Origin: Candidatus Latescibacterota bacterium
GTDB taxonomy: Bacteria > Latescibacterota > UBA2968 > UBA8231
Reading direction: 5' to 3'
Assembly (NCBI GenBank): GCA_965197905.1
Contig: CBDAOB010000005.1
Location: 288,001 to 352,000 of the forward strand
DNA: 64,000 nt
Numbering within the stretch: the stretch's first letter is position 1; every line of letters begins with the position of its first letter. The notes under the pieces were generated by a model. It made no database searches and had not been told where the DNA came from. It saw only the letters and a list, made by a program, of their open reading frames with translations. Both the position numbers and the translations under genes were made by a program. Positions 9,531 to 19,408 of the stretch are shown piece after piece.

Positions 9531-9779
9531 GTGATAATCTTCACGGCCGGCTGTCCGGCCTGCGATGACACTGTGGAAATGGTTAATCAAATGGTTTGTC
9601 CCTGCTGCGATGTCAGCATTCTCGATATGCATGAGAAGGAAGTCGCCAGTCGTGCGCGGGCGCTGGGCATACGCTCGGTGCCCGCTGTTGCCGTTGACGG
9701 AAAATTGGCCGATTGCTGCAGCGGTCGTGGTCCGGATGAAAGTAGCCTGCGAGCAATGGGCGTTGGACAGCCTTTGTAA
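9531..9779 (+). CDS. Small thioredoxin-fold Cys-rich protein
   Basis: GCPAC, CPCC, SVPAVAVDGKLADCC; start codon uncertain. Confidence 0.8.
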   Translation: MIIFTAGCPACDDTVEMVNQMVCPCCDVSILDMHEKEVASRARALGIRSVPAVAVDGKLADCCSGRGPDESSLRAMGVGQPL

Positions 9780-9885
9780 CTGAGGTGCCTCGTTGCTGGC
9801 CCACAGGACAATTTCCTCAAGTTCACTTTTCCGTTGTCGATCTATGTAGTGGACCTTCCGGGTCCAAAATTCCACGGACGGATGT

Positions 9886-9924
9886 CCCTGTCGAGCATAG
9901 CTCTGTCTCGGCAGGGTTTTTTTT
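9886..9924 (+). terminator. Intrinsic terminator ending the mer-like operon
   Basis: CCCTGTCGAG...CTCGGCAGGG followed by T8. Confidence 0.75.
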
Positions 9925-9997
9925 GGCAGTTCGTGACTCCCTGCAGGCCGAAGTTTTTACCATACTCCATTCCTGAAACGGCCGAAGGGAGTAGATC

Positions 9998-10402
9998 ATG
10001 CGACGCCTCAACATTCTGCTTGGGATTTGCCTCCTTGCTCTAGTTGGTGCTTGGTCCTTGCACACGACAAGCTCGTTCGCGCAAGATGAGAAGCAGGCTG
10101 AGAAGGTCACCCTGCCATCGGAGTGCATGAAGGGCTGCTATGACGTTTACGAAGTCCAAATGTCTTCGTGCGAGAAAAAGGGGAACGGCGTTGTCAAAGG
10201 TATCTGCGAGGGCAACGCCTTTGAAACGTACACGCAGTGCATGAAGGACTGCAGAAACTTGGCGGACAGCGCGTGCCAGGACCGGATGGTAGTACACCTC
10301 AAGGCTTGCGACGAGGTGGTAGGGACTAAAGAGAAGTGCGAGAAGAGGGCCCTTGCCACGAGCCGCCATGGTTCAAGAGGAGTCTTCGCCAGGGCGGAGT
10401 AA
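9998..10402 (+). CDS. Secreted cysteine-rich hypothetical protein
   Basis: Signal peptide; repeated CMKGC/CMKDC and further Cys. Confidence 0.7.
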   Translation: MRRLNILLGICLLALVGAWSLHTTSSFAQDEKQAEKVTLPSECMKGCYDVYEVQMSSCEKKGNGVVKGICEGNAFETYTQCMKDCRNLADSACQDRMVVHLKACDEVVGTKEKCEKRALATSRHGSRGVFARAE

Positions 10403-10693
10403 CTCGCTGTGGAAGGACGCTACTCAGGCGGGGCGCAAGCTGAGTACTGAGGATCTTGGCTTGCTCAGCGGAAAGCGGCAGTGAGCGCTGCTAATTGAAA
10501 TCGGCAGAGAACGGAGGAGCCGCCAGTGTTTAGTGTAGATGTTATTTCTGAGTATCTCCTACTTGGGGGCTTGTGCTCGGAATCTTGGCGGCCCCTTGGG
10601 CAGGGTACTTGGGCTGAGTCACACGCTGGTCCGGTGAAATATGCGGAACTGGTATTTGCCGGGATTCATCGGTACACGATAAGAGAGGGGGAT

Positions 10694-10903
10694 TTGGCAG
10701 ACGAGCAGCCTAGATTGTCGCAGGAGATAGCGGATCAACGCCGCGGAGTTACGGTGGGCGTGGTGAAGGTGCCGGTTGCCGTGATTGAGCGGTGGGAGGA
10801 GATGGCGAGGGAGCTGGAGGGACTGCCTTCCCGAGACAACGCTCTAGAGACAGTCCCTTCAACAGTAGATAGAACTACGCCGCAAGCCTCTTCGACGGAT
10901 TGA
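10694..10903 (+). CDS. Small hypothetical protein (repeat family A, copy 1)
   Basis: Purine-rich RBS plus TTG; QEIADQ..GVVKVPV.VIERWEEMARELEG shared with 13133..13300. Confidence 0.55.
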   Translation: MADEQPRLSQEIADQRRGVTVGVVKVPVAVIERWEEMARELEGLPSRDNALETVPSTVDRTTPQASSTD

Positions 10904-11132
10904 GCCGACGGGAAATTTGAGCTAGCGAGAGCCCTTCGTTGACCCGCAGATCATTAATCAGGTGTTTGAGCAGAATAACCTCCGCTGCATCAAACAGATC
11001 CTTATTGCCGACACAATCTGCCACTTTAAGCAGGCCTTTGGACTTGTACTGGCGCATTTGAGGAACCGATTTCCCGAAAAGACTGGCCGCCTCCTCAATG
11101 CTGATAAGGTTGAGCGATATGACTGCCATCAA
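10875..11132 (-). CDS. Small MerR-type HTH protein (Xis/BldC-like), copy 1
   Basis: ISIEEAASLFGKSVPQMRQYKSKGLL...EGLSLAQI; GGAGG RBS. Confidence 0.75.
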   Translation of the reverse strand: MMAVISLNLISIEEAASLFGKSVPQMRQYKSKGLLKVADCVGNKDLFDAAEVILLKHLINDLRVNEGLSLAQISRRLNPSKRLAA

Positions 11133-11173
11133 TAAAGACCTCCATGTCTAAATCGCAGGCAGGGGATTGCGTG

Positions 11174-11215
11174 GGGTGCTATCTACTATATCGGGTGCTA
11201 CGGAGAAATCTTCAA
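11174..11215 (-). promoter_or_regulatory. Promoter of the HTH gene with direct repeats (identical at ~15397-15438)
   Basis: TTGAAG-N19-TATAGT; GGGTGCTA at 11174-11181 and 11193-11200. Confidence 0.5.
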
Positions 11216-11242
11216 AAAATCCTTCGGACTCGCTGCGACTAC

Positions 11243-11280
11243 AAAGAAAAACGCGGCACCGACCGAAACCGATGCCGCGT
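11243..11280 (-). terminator. Intrinsic terminator
   Basis: ACGCGGCA...TGCCGCGT followed by TTTTCTTT on the minus strand. Confidence 0.7.
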
Positions 11281-11315
11281 AAACCAGGTGATCTGTTTGA
11301 ATCTCTAATCCGAGA

Positions 11316-11887
11316 CTAAAACCTCGAAGGAGGTGCCATCAGCGGTCCTAGTTGTATGGGATCACCGCCCGATGCGCAAGTTGCCACGAGTCGGTACCCG
11401 TGGCCGCAAGTTGCACCAGGACAGAGTTGATAAGTAAGCGAGTAGTCACCTGAGCCTGTTCCCTCGAGAGTGGCCAGATCCTGGAACGTTGTCACCCCAG
11501 TCTCGGGATCGAACGCAATGCCGCCCTGGATAGTGTAGAGCACAGAGCCGGTCGTGCCCGTGGTGGTCCAGGTCCATTCTACCAAGCCGCTGAAGCTGAT
11601 GATGGTGACACCGATACTGCCGACCAATTCCACCTCACACGAAACTGGCGCGGGATCACAGTTCTCATCCAGACTCTCGGTACCGGGCAGCACGTCACCG
11701 TGGTTGAGATGAGCGTTCAACGCATTGCCATTGATGTTTATCAGATTCCACCCACCGTTACCGGTGGTGTGGCAGACACCGACCCTGGGTGCTTTCTTGG
11801 CAGCCGGTTCTAAAGCAGTTGGAGAATTGGAGTTGTCAGTGCAGCCGATGAACAGGGCAACATTGCGAGAGAAAGTAGGATTTTCAT
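11316..11887 (-). CDS. Lipoprotein with VCH...AHLNHGD motif; 1-nt frameshift at ~11858 in the signal peptide
   Basis: MKILLSLAM / ALFIGCTDNS...VGVCHTTGNG...NALNAHLNHGD in adjacent frames. Confidence 0.6.
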
Positions 11888-12245
11888 GCGGATCTCCGTT
11901 GTGGTATATCGATCTACTGAACTACATCAATGCTGATTGCAATCGCGGTGACAGACTCGTCCGTGCTCCGTGCGAGCAACTGCCTCGGTGTTCTCAAGGG
12001 ACCGAGATTCAGCTTCACGGAGCTCGAGTTGCCGTTTTGAATGGCGTCGGCCAAGATTGTCCCGTCCTCCAATATTTGGCCGCTACACTGTGCCGGTTTG
12101 AACTGAGCGGTCGTGGAACAGCTGGATATTGTGCTTCAGTAGCCACAGTTATCTCCAATATGCACCTTTCGTCCCGACTGAGTGCGGAGTCGGGCACGGC
12201 ATCGAGCTTATCCTGGCAGCGATAGGATTGAGTGGGGGCATCGGA

Positions 12246-12839
12246 CTAAGGCTGCAACCGGTCTCCCTTAGTTTTTTTCTTCCACTCATCAATCTCCGGC
12301 TTTACTTCATTCTCGTAGCAGGACGGACAGATCGTGTGACTGAGGTCGGCGTCCGTCTTCTGGGTCAGGTATTTCTCCATCGACATCCACTGCGCTCCCT
12401 CGTCCTGTATGTTTTTGCAGTACGCGCAGATCGGCAGCAGGCTAGCGAGTTGATCCAGCTCCTTGCGCAGTCCGAGTATGCGCTCGGCGACTCGCAAGCG
12501 CGCCTGCAGCTCATGGCGATCGAAGGGCTTCGTCATGAAATCGTCAGCGCCGGCTTCCATGCCCTCCAGATAGTCGGATTTCTCTTTCTTGACCGTCAGC
12601 ACGATGACATATGTGTACTCTCTCTTGTGCTGGCGGCGGATGCGCCGGCACAGCTCGATTCCGTCGAGTCCTGGCATCAGCCAATCGGTCAGCACGACCC
12701 GTATATCCACGTCCGCCGTAAAGGCGTCCCAGGCCTGCTCTCCGTCGTCGGCCATGACTGGCTCGTGGCCGAATTTACGCAGGGTGGCTTCGAGTACCTC
12801 GCGGGTCACCGCCTCGTCTTCTGCGATCAGAACTTTCAT
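12246..12839 (-). CDS. Response regulator (receiver plus C-terminal CxxC...CxxC domain)
   Basis: LIAEDE, DWLMPGLDG, GADDFMTKPF; LLPICAYCK...SHTICPSC. Confidence 0.92.
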   Translation of the reverse strand: MKVLIAEDEAVTREVLEATLRKFGHEPVMADDGEQAWDAFTADVDIRVVLTDWLMPGLDGIELCRRIRRQHKREYTYVIVLTVKKEKSDYLEGMEAGADDFMTKPFDRHELQARLRVAERILGLRKELDQLASLLPICAYCKNIQDEGAQWMSMEKYLTQKTDADLSHTICPSCYENEVKPEIDEWKKKTKGDRLQP

Positions 12840-13132
12840 TTTTCACCTGTCCTTCGAGACATTAGGGCGAATGCGCCCACGTTGCGTTGTGACATATGGC
12901 GTACGAAGAAAAACGCCGCTCACCTGAGTGGCCGCTCTCTCCGCCTTCACTGTGAGCCGATTTCACAGTTTCGAAGGCTCCCGTTTGTCGCTAACCAAGA
13001 TACCAAACTGCTCCAGACAACTCCAAAGCCAGAATTAAAAAGAAGAGGGAAACGCTCACTCGGAAATTCTCTGGAGCTATTACCCCTTTATCTGTGACAC
13101 ACTGTACATGGAAGGCTTACGAGGAGAGAGGA

Positions 13133-13300
13133 ATGGCAAAGCAGCCTGATGGAGTCGGATTGGCGCAGGAGATAGCGGATCAATACCGCGGAGTTACAGC
13201 GGGTGTGGTGAAGGTGCCGGTTACCGTGATTGAGCGATGGGAGGAGATGGCGAGGGAGCTGGAGGGGCTTCAGCAGGAGACTCCGGAAGAGGAGACCTAG
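13133..13300 (+). CDS. Small hypothetical protein (repeat family A, copy 2)
   Basis: GAGGAGAGAGGA RBS plus ATG; paralog of 10694..10903. Confidence 0.6.
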   Translation: MAKQPDGVGLAQEIADQYRGVTAGVVKVPVTVIERWEEMARELEGLQQETPEEET

Positions 13301-13379
13301 CAAAGAAAAATTGCTGGCGATTGCTCACACACATTCCGTTCTTCAGGCTCTACGTCTAAACAACCAAGGAGCAGCTCCG

Positions 13380-14953
13380 CTGGCACTCCAGAGTCGATTC
13401 CAGTTATCAGTCCCGATTACGTCGAAGAGAGTCTCGATCATAGCAACGGCCTTCTACCTTGTCGCTTGCGGGTCATCGATAGAAGACAGTATAGACAAAC
13501 TCGGCGCCGGACCCGACGAGCAAGCCGCAGCAAAACATGAGCTTGTCCTGGCCTCAGAAAGAGCCGTTGAGCCCCTTATTCAAGCGCTGGCATCGGATCG
13601 AGAGACGAAAATCCGTGCTGAAGTGGCGGACATTCTGGTGAGTCTTACGATGCGAACCGCCGACGAGCGGATCGCCGCCGTGCTCGAGAAACATTTACTG
13701 AACGATCCCGAGCCTGTGGTGCGTGGACGCATCGCCGAGGAGCTGGAACTGCGCATGCAATCCGAGTTTTTTGACCTCTTTCTCCGGGCCATTTCCGATC
13801 CCTCTCCAATGGTGCAGGCCCCAGCGCTGCTCTCTTTCGGCAATGCTATGGGCAAGCTGAGCGACGAGCAGACCCAAACGTTGCGGCGGCTCGCAGGTGA
13901 AAGGGCACTTTCAGAAGACCAGGAGGTTCGCGCGGCCGCGCTATACCTGGTCGAAGAGTACGTCGCTCAGTGGGCAAAGAAGGCGCGAGAGGCAGCTCTT
14001 AAAGCAAATCTTTCAGAAGCCGACTCCCTTCTTGGCGTGGCAGTGGCTTATGCACCGGCCAGCAAACAGGCCAGATATTACCAGGGAAAATTTTACTTCG
14101 ATTACATGGAACGCGAGCATGGAATTAAGATGTTGAGGACACATCGACTGTTAGTTGATGTACCCAAACTCGAATCGCCCCCAACCATCGACGGACTGTT
14201 GGGCGATGAAGCCTGGGAAGGGGCGGCAAGGATTGATTCGTTCTATGTCCATGGGAGTACCCGTACGACGAATCCACCCCAGGTTCAGACTCACGTCGTG
14301 ATGGGGTATTCCGATACTGCACTCTATTGGGGCGCGCACTGCTTCGACGCCCATCCAGAAAGCCTGGTAGTGCTACCATTTGAAGATGAGGCTCCTTTTA
14401 AGCTACAGGACGTAATGATGTTTCGTCTCGATCGTAACCTGGACACGAAAGTCGCTCAAATGTTCGTCAACACCTTGGGATTGCAAAGAGATAGGGGGTA
14501 TTCCGATACTGCACTCTATTGGGGCGCGCACTGCTTCGACGCCCATCCAGAAAGCCTGGTAGTGCTACCATTTGAAGATGAGGCTCCTTTTAAGCTACAG
14601 GACGTAATGATGTTTCGTCTCGATCGTAACCTGGACACGAAAGTCGCTCAAATGTTCGTCAACACCTTGGGATTGCAAAGAGATAGCTGGAACGACTTCG
14701 AGGACTGGGCATGGGCCTAAAAAATGGGATGCGGACGCGATGGGATGCGGACGCGAGGGCGGCAGCCTATGTCGGAGACGACTTCTGGTCCGTCGAATAC
14801 GAGCTTCGGTGGGATCCGATATACCATCCGCCGCCGGTTTCGGGCGAGATCTCCGGTATGAACTTTATCCGACTTTTCCGCGCGATAGAGTGGAGTCACC
14901 CGTTTGTCGGGTATGACAAAAAGAAGGCACGAGGTTTCCTCCTCTTTCAATAG
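13380..14953 (+). pseudogene. HEAT-repeat + CBM9-like lipoprotein, copy 1; disrupted by a 192-bp tandem duplication and a frameshift at ~14716-14740
   Basis: LVAC lipobox, HEAT repeats, PPTIDGLLGDEAW; C-terminus continues in ORF 14711..14953; start uncertain. Confidence 0.75.
14303..14686. repeat. Exact 192-bp tandem duplication
   Basis: 14303-14494 equals 14495-14686 (64 codons repeated). Confidence 0.92.
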
Positions 14954-15100
14954 TTCGTCCGGACTGATCGCGCAACGGTATTCTCAGCCCTTTCACTTGG
15001 GTACTTATTTGTTGTTTTGATTGAGGTTGGGCGGCGATGGCTAGGGAGCTGGAGGGGCTGCCTGAAGACGAATCTCTAGAGGCAGCCCCTTCAATGCGAA

Positions 15101-15355
15101 CTACGCCGCAAGCCTCGTCGACTTGAGGCGTTGAGCAATCTGCGCCAGCGAGAGCCCTTCGTTGACCCGCAGATCATTAATCAGGTGTTTGAGCAGAATA
15201 ACCTCCGCTGCATCAAACAGATCCTTATTGCCGAGACAATCTGCCACTTTAAGCAGGCCTTTGGACTTGTACTGGCGCATCTGAGGAACGGACTTTTCAA
15301 AGAGGTCCGCCGCCTCCTCAATGCTGATAAGGTTGAGCGATATGACTGCCATCAA
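15101..15355 (-). CDS. Small MerR-type HTH protein, copy 2
   Basis: Close paralog of 10875..11132. Confidence 0.75.
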   Translation of the reverse strand: MMAVISLNLISIEEAADLFEKSVPQMRQYKSKGLLKVADCLGNKDLFDAAEVILLKHLINDLRVNEGLSLAQIAQRLKSTRLAA

Positions 15356-15977
15356 TAAAGACCTCCATGTCTAAATCGCAGGCAGGGGATTGCGTGGGGT
15401 GCTATCTACTATATCGGGTGCTACGGAGAAATCTTCAAAAAATCCTTCGGACTCGCTGCGACTAGTTGGGACAAAGAAAAACGCGGCACCGAACGAATCG
15501 ATGAATGGGCATTGCGCCTCGACACCTCGCTATGATATCCACCGAATTGAGGCCAGCACTCGGCGATTTATTCAAAGGTGTTTTTGTTACTTTCGCGTTC
15601 TTCAGCCTCGAGTTCCTTGAGATGCTGCAGGTGCTTCTGGCGACAACTGTACTGCATCCGCAAATAGAATCGGCCAAGCACAAAGAGACCGATCAGTACA
15701 CCCACGAGAACGACGCCGTACACCACGAGTTCTTCGTTACTGGGACCTCGGCTGAACTGCACATGGGCGGCTTCGACCCGCTCCGTTGTCGGTGCCGCCG
15801 TGCCCAGACCGATCAGAGTCATGTTCTACCAACATTGTCAAAAAGGAACGAGAACCTTCTGAATATTCGACTCCTCAGGCAGCGTTGTGGTTTCGTTCAA
15901 ACCACGGATGCGCCAATGCAACGGCTGCGAATGGCCCTTCTCTGTCACCTGGCGAACTGCTTCGTCCTTGAATTCTG

Positions 15978-17513
15978 GTGTATAACGCTGCTGACTCATT
16001 GGACTCCTCCGGTTGCCTCAAAGATAGCATCCAAGGTGTCCACATTACCGGGTCAATTCCAGACCTAGCAAAGAAATTGCTGGCGATTGTTCTCACACAT
16101 TCCGTTCTTCAGGCGTTACGTCTAAACAACCAAGGAGCAGCTCCGCTGGCACTCCAGAGTCGATTCCGGTTATCAGTCCCGATCACGTCGAGGAGAGTCT
16201 CGATCATAGCGACGGCCTTCTACCTTGTCGCTTGCGGGTCATCGATAGAAGAGGGTATTGACGGGCTCGGCGGCGCGCCCGATGAGCAAGCCGCAGCAAA
16301 ACACGAGCTTGTCCTGGCCTCAAAAAGAGCTGTTGAGCCCCTTATTCAAGCGCTGGCATCGGATCGAGAGACGAAAATCCGTGCTGAAGTGGCGGATATT
16401 CTGGTGAGTATTACGGTGCGAACCGCCGACGAGCGGATCGCCGCCGTGCTCGAGAAACATTTACTGAACGATCCCGAGCCTGTGGTGCGTGGACGCATCG
16501 CCGAGGAGCTCGGACTGCGCCTACGATCCGAGTTTTTTGACCTCTTTCTCCGGGCCATTTCCGATCCCTCTCCACTGGTGCAGGCCCCGGCGCTGCTCTC
16601 TTTGACTAATGCTATGGGCAAGCTGAGCGACGAGCAGACCCAAACGTTGCGGCGGCTCGCAGGTGAAAGGGCACTTTCAGCAGACGAGGAGGTTCGCACG
16701 GCCGCCGTATACCTGGTGGAAGAGTACGTGGCTCGATCGGCAGAGAAGGCGCGGGAAGCGGCGCTCAAAGCGAACCTTTCGAAAGCCGACTCCCTTTTTG
16801 CAGACTTGGTGGCATATGCACCTAACAGCAAACAGGCCAGATACTACCAGGGAACGTTTTATCTGGACTACGTCGAGCGCGATCGCGGAATCGAGATTTT
16901 GAGAGACCATCGCCTGCTGGTGGATGTTCCCACCCTTGAATCGCCTCCGACCATCGACGGCCGCTTGGACGATGAAGCCTGGGAGGGCGCGGCACTAATA
17001 GATTCGTTCTATGTCCACACGCGGCGCGGGCGCACGACGTTGCCACCACGTGTCGAAACCCGCGTGCTGATGGGGTATTCTGCAACGGCGCTCTATTGGG
17101 GCGTGCACTGTGCCGACGCACATCCGGAAAGCCTGGTGGTGCTGCCACATGAGGATGAGGGGCGTAAACCCCGCCAAGATCGGTTCTACTTCCGCTTCGA
17201 TCGCAACCGGGACACGAAGACGATCTCCCACATCTTGGTCAACAGCCAGGGGGCGACGGTTGACGTGCGGGACAGCAAGGAGAGGGATGGTGATTTCAAA
17301 TGGGACGCGGAAGCGACAACGGCGACTTATGTGGGAGACGATTTCTGGTCTTTGGAATGCGAGCTTCGGTGGGATCCGATCTACCACCCACCACCGGGGT
17401 CGGGCGAGTTCTCGCGTGTGAACTTTATCCGCTTATTCCGTACCGTCGAGTTCAGTCAATCGTTCGCCGAGTACGACAACCTAATCGCATCAGGATTCCT
17501 TCTCTACCAATAG
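15978..17513 (+). CDS. HEAT-repeat + CBM9-like lipoprotein, copy 2 (true start probably near 16147-16190)
   Basis: LVAC lipobox; PPTIDGRLDDEAW; intact frame. Confidence 0.8.
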   Translation: MYNAADSLDSSGCLKDSIQGVHITGSIPDLAKKLLAIVLTHSVLQALRLNNQGAAPLALQSRFRLSVPITSRRVSIIATAFYLVACGSSIEEGIDGLGGAPDEQAAAKHELVLASKRAVEPLIQALASDRETKIRAEVADILVSITVRTADERIAAVLEKHLLNDPEPVVRGRIAEELGLRLRSEFFDLFLRAISDPSPLVQAPALLSLTNAMGKLSDEQTQTLRRLAGERALSADEEVRTAAVYLVEEYVARSAEKAREAALKANLSKADSLFADLVAYAPNSKQARYYQGTFYLDYVERDRGIEILRDHRLLVDVPTLESPPTIDGRLDDEAWEGAALIDSFYVHTRRGRTTLPPRVETRVLMGYSATALYWGVHCADAHPESLVVLPHEDEGRKPRQDRFYFRFDRNRDTKTISHILVNSQGATVDVRDSKERDGDFKWDAEATTATYVGDDFWSLECELRWDPIYHPPPGSGEFSRVNFIRLFRTVEFSQSFAEYDNLIASGFLLYQ

Positions 17514-17866
17514 TTCGTCGGGACAGAGGCCGTAGATGACTGCTCCAAAGTGGGGCGTAAGGAGCAAACCGTGCCCGCGAGACATGCTGAAGCACATTGG
17601 TAAACTCACGATCAAACCAGCACTAAGTCCTACGGACTGATCACACAACCTGTATTCTCAGCCCTTCCATTTGGGGCCTTACTTGCTGTTTGATTGAGGT
17701 TGGGCTCCAGCGCGATTTTATGCTAGCGTGCGCACCCGGGCGAAAACGGTTGGTTGAGTTTGGAAACTGCCGTTACGTGGCCCCAGCTTCACGCAGAAGT
17801 CTGGCCACCTCATTATGATCACTGGCCCAAGCCAGAGGCAGCGTGGTTCTTAAGCCTTGATCAAAA

Positions 17867-19372
17867 TTACATCGACTCCGAACCAGACTCTATAGGCAAG
17901 CTGATCGTCACCTCCGTACCCTTTCCCACCTCGCTCTCGATCTGGATCTCTCCCTGGTGATCCTGGATAATCCTGTAGTCCGTGGACAATCCCAAACCCA
18001 TTTTCACCCGAAGATCGGTGGCGTGAAAATCAAAGTCGAAGATGCGTTCCAACTGCTCCGGCGGAATTCCCACGCCTGTGTCGCTGATCTGGACATAGAC
18101 TTTGTCATCGGCCTCAAAGGTACTGACGCTTATCTCTCCTCTTTCCTCTATAGCCTGGAGCGCGTTTTTGAGCAGGTGCATGAAGACCTGGTTCAGCTGT
18201 CCGGGAGAACAGTAGATCGGTGGGATGTCCCCGTATTTCTTGACCACGGTGATGTTTTCACCGATCCGGTTTTGCAGCAGCGTCAACGCGCTATCGATCC
18301 CCACGTGAAGACCTACCACCTGGAACTCGGCTTCGTCCAGCCGGGCGAAATCCCGCAGACTGCCGACAATGCTGCCCACCCGTTCGGCACCGCTGGCCAT
18401 CACCCGGCTGGCATCGGCTATTACCTTGAAGACCGATTGAATAGTCTTATCATCTTTATATTTGGGAAAGGTCCTCTCCAGCGTTTGGTTCAGTTTATCT
18501 GTTGCCCGGGTCAGCGTGTCGTGCATGCTGCTGATGGCCCCCAGCGGCGTGTTCATCTCGTGTGCCACGCCGGCCACCAGATCGCCTAAAGAGGCCATCT
18601 TCTCCTGCAGGACCAGTTGGTTCTGCGTTTCTTTGAGCAGGCGCAGATTCTCTTCCAGTGCCCGGTTCTGCTCCTCCAACCGCTGAAAATCGAGATAGCG
18701 CACATAGCCCAATGACAGGGCATCGGTCAGTTCCTGGACGATGGTCAGGTGCTCTTCCACTCGCGTGGATTCTATAAAGGCGACGACGCCATGCTCGAAG
18801 GGCACATAGTTAAAGGCCCATTCGGCTCTTTCGGGTATTGGATAAGGCCGGTCCAGGCCCCAGGGCTCGGTCAACGCCTTAAACCTTGACGCATAGTCCT
18901 CGCCGCTGACCGCAACAGTTATCACTTCTCCTCGGCGCCACGAATCGATCATTATTTGATCCCTTGAACTGGGCAATTCCACTTCCCCTACCACTATCTC
19001 TTCATTGAACTCAAACAAGTGGGACGAAGTCCATGAGATGCTGAACTTTCTCGGGTTGTGGAAGGCGTAGTAGCGTCTTCTAACATGAACACCATCCTCA
19101 TCCTCTTCCAAGAATCGAATGGTGGGTCCCAAGTTCTCAATTCCCAGATTCACCATCTCCTCCCACATCATTCCCATTACCTTGAGGAGATCATCGCTGG
19201 ACCGCATGGCCATAGCCTCTGACCGCATCCGCTCTACAGCCAGTCTGCGGTTCACCGAAGGCACATCGCCTTTTGGTACCTGCTGGCGCAATTCAGCGTG
19301 GTCTCGGCGCAACGCTTCCAGTTGGGCGATGAGTTGCTTCTGGGTTTTCTCCACGTCTTTCAAGCTAAACAA
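17867..19372 (-). CDS. Sensor histidine kinase (NtrB-like HisKA + HATPase)
   Basis: EKMASLGDLVAGVAHEMNTP, QLNQVF..LLKNA, DTGVGI. Confidence 0.92.
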   Translation of the reverse strand: MFSLKDVEKTQKQLIAQLEALRRDHAELRQQVPKGDVPSVNRRLAVERMRSEAMAMRSSDDLLKVMGMMWEEMVNLGIENLGPTIRFLEEDEDGVHVRRRYYAFHNPRKFSISWTSSHLFEFNEEIVVGEVELPSSRDQIMIDSWRRGEVITVAVSGEDYASRFKALTEPWGLDRPYPIPERAEWAFNYVPFEHGVVAFIESTRVEEHLTIVQELTDALSLGYVRYLDFQRLEEQNRALEENLRLLKETQNQLVLQEKMASLGDLVAGVAHEMNTPLGAISSMHDTLTRATDKLNQTLERTFPKYKDDKTIQSVFKVIADASRVMASGAERVGSIVGSLRDFARLDEAEFQVVGLHVGIDSALTLLQNRIGENITVVKKYGDIPPIYCSPGQLNQVFMHLLKNALQAIEERGEISVSTFEADDKVYVQISDTGVGIPPEQLERIFDFDFHATDLRVKMGLGLSTDYRIIQDHQGEIQIESEVGKGTEVTISLPIESGSESM

Positions 19373-19408
19373 CCTTGCTTTTGGGCTGCATGGCCTCTAG
19401 TGGTCACT

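Larger units (their letters stand above)
10800..11275. repeat. Dispersed repeat B (HTH gene plus upstream region); second copy at ~15037-15503
   Basis: Near-identical sequence at offset ~4223. Confidence 0.9.

Noticed and set aside
9845..9924. Riboswitch upstream of the Cys-rich gene
   Set aside because: Only a small GGACC/GGTCC hairpin plus a terminator; no aptamer recognised.
15505..16068. ORFs 15505..16068, 15568..15822 and 27755..28063
   Set aside because: No recognisable motifs; coding status cannot be decided from the sequence alone.
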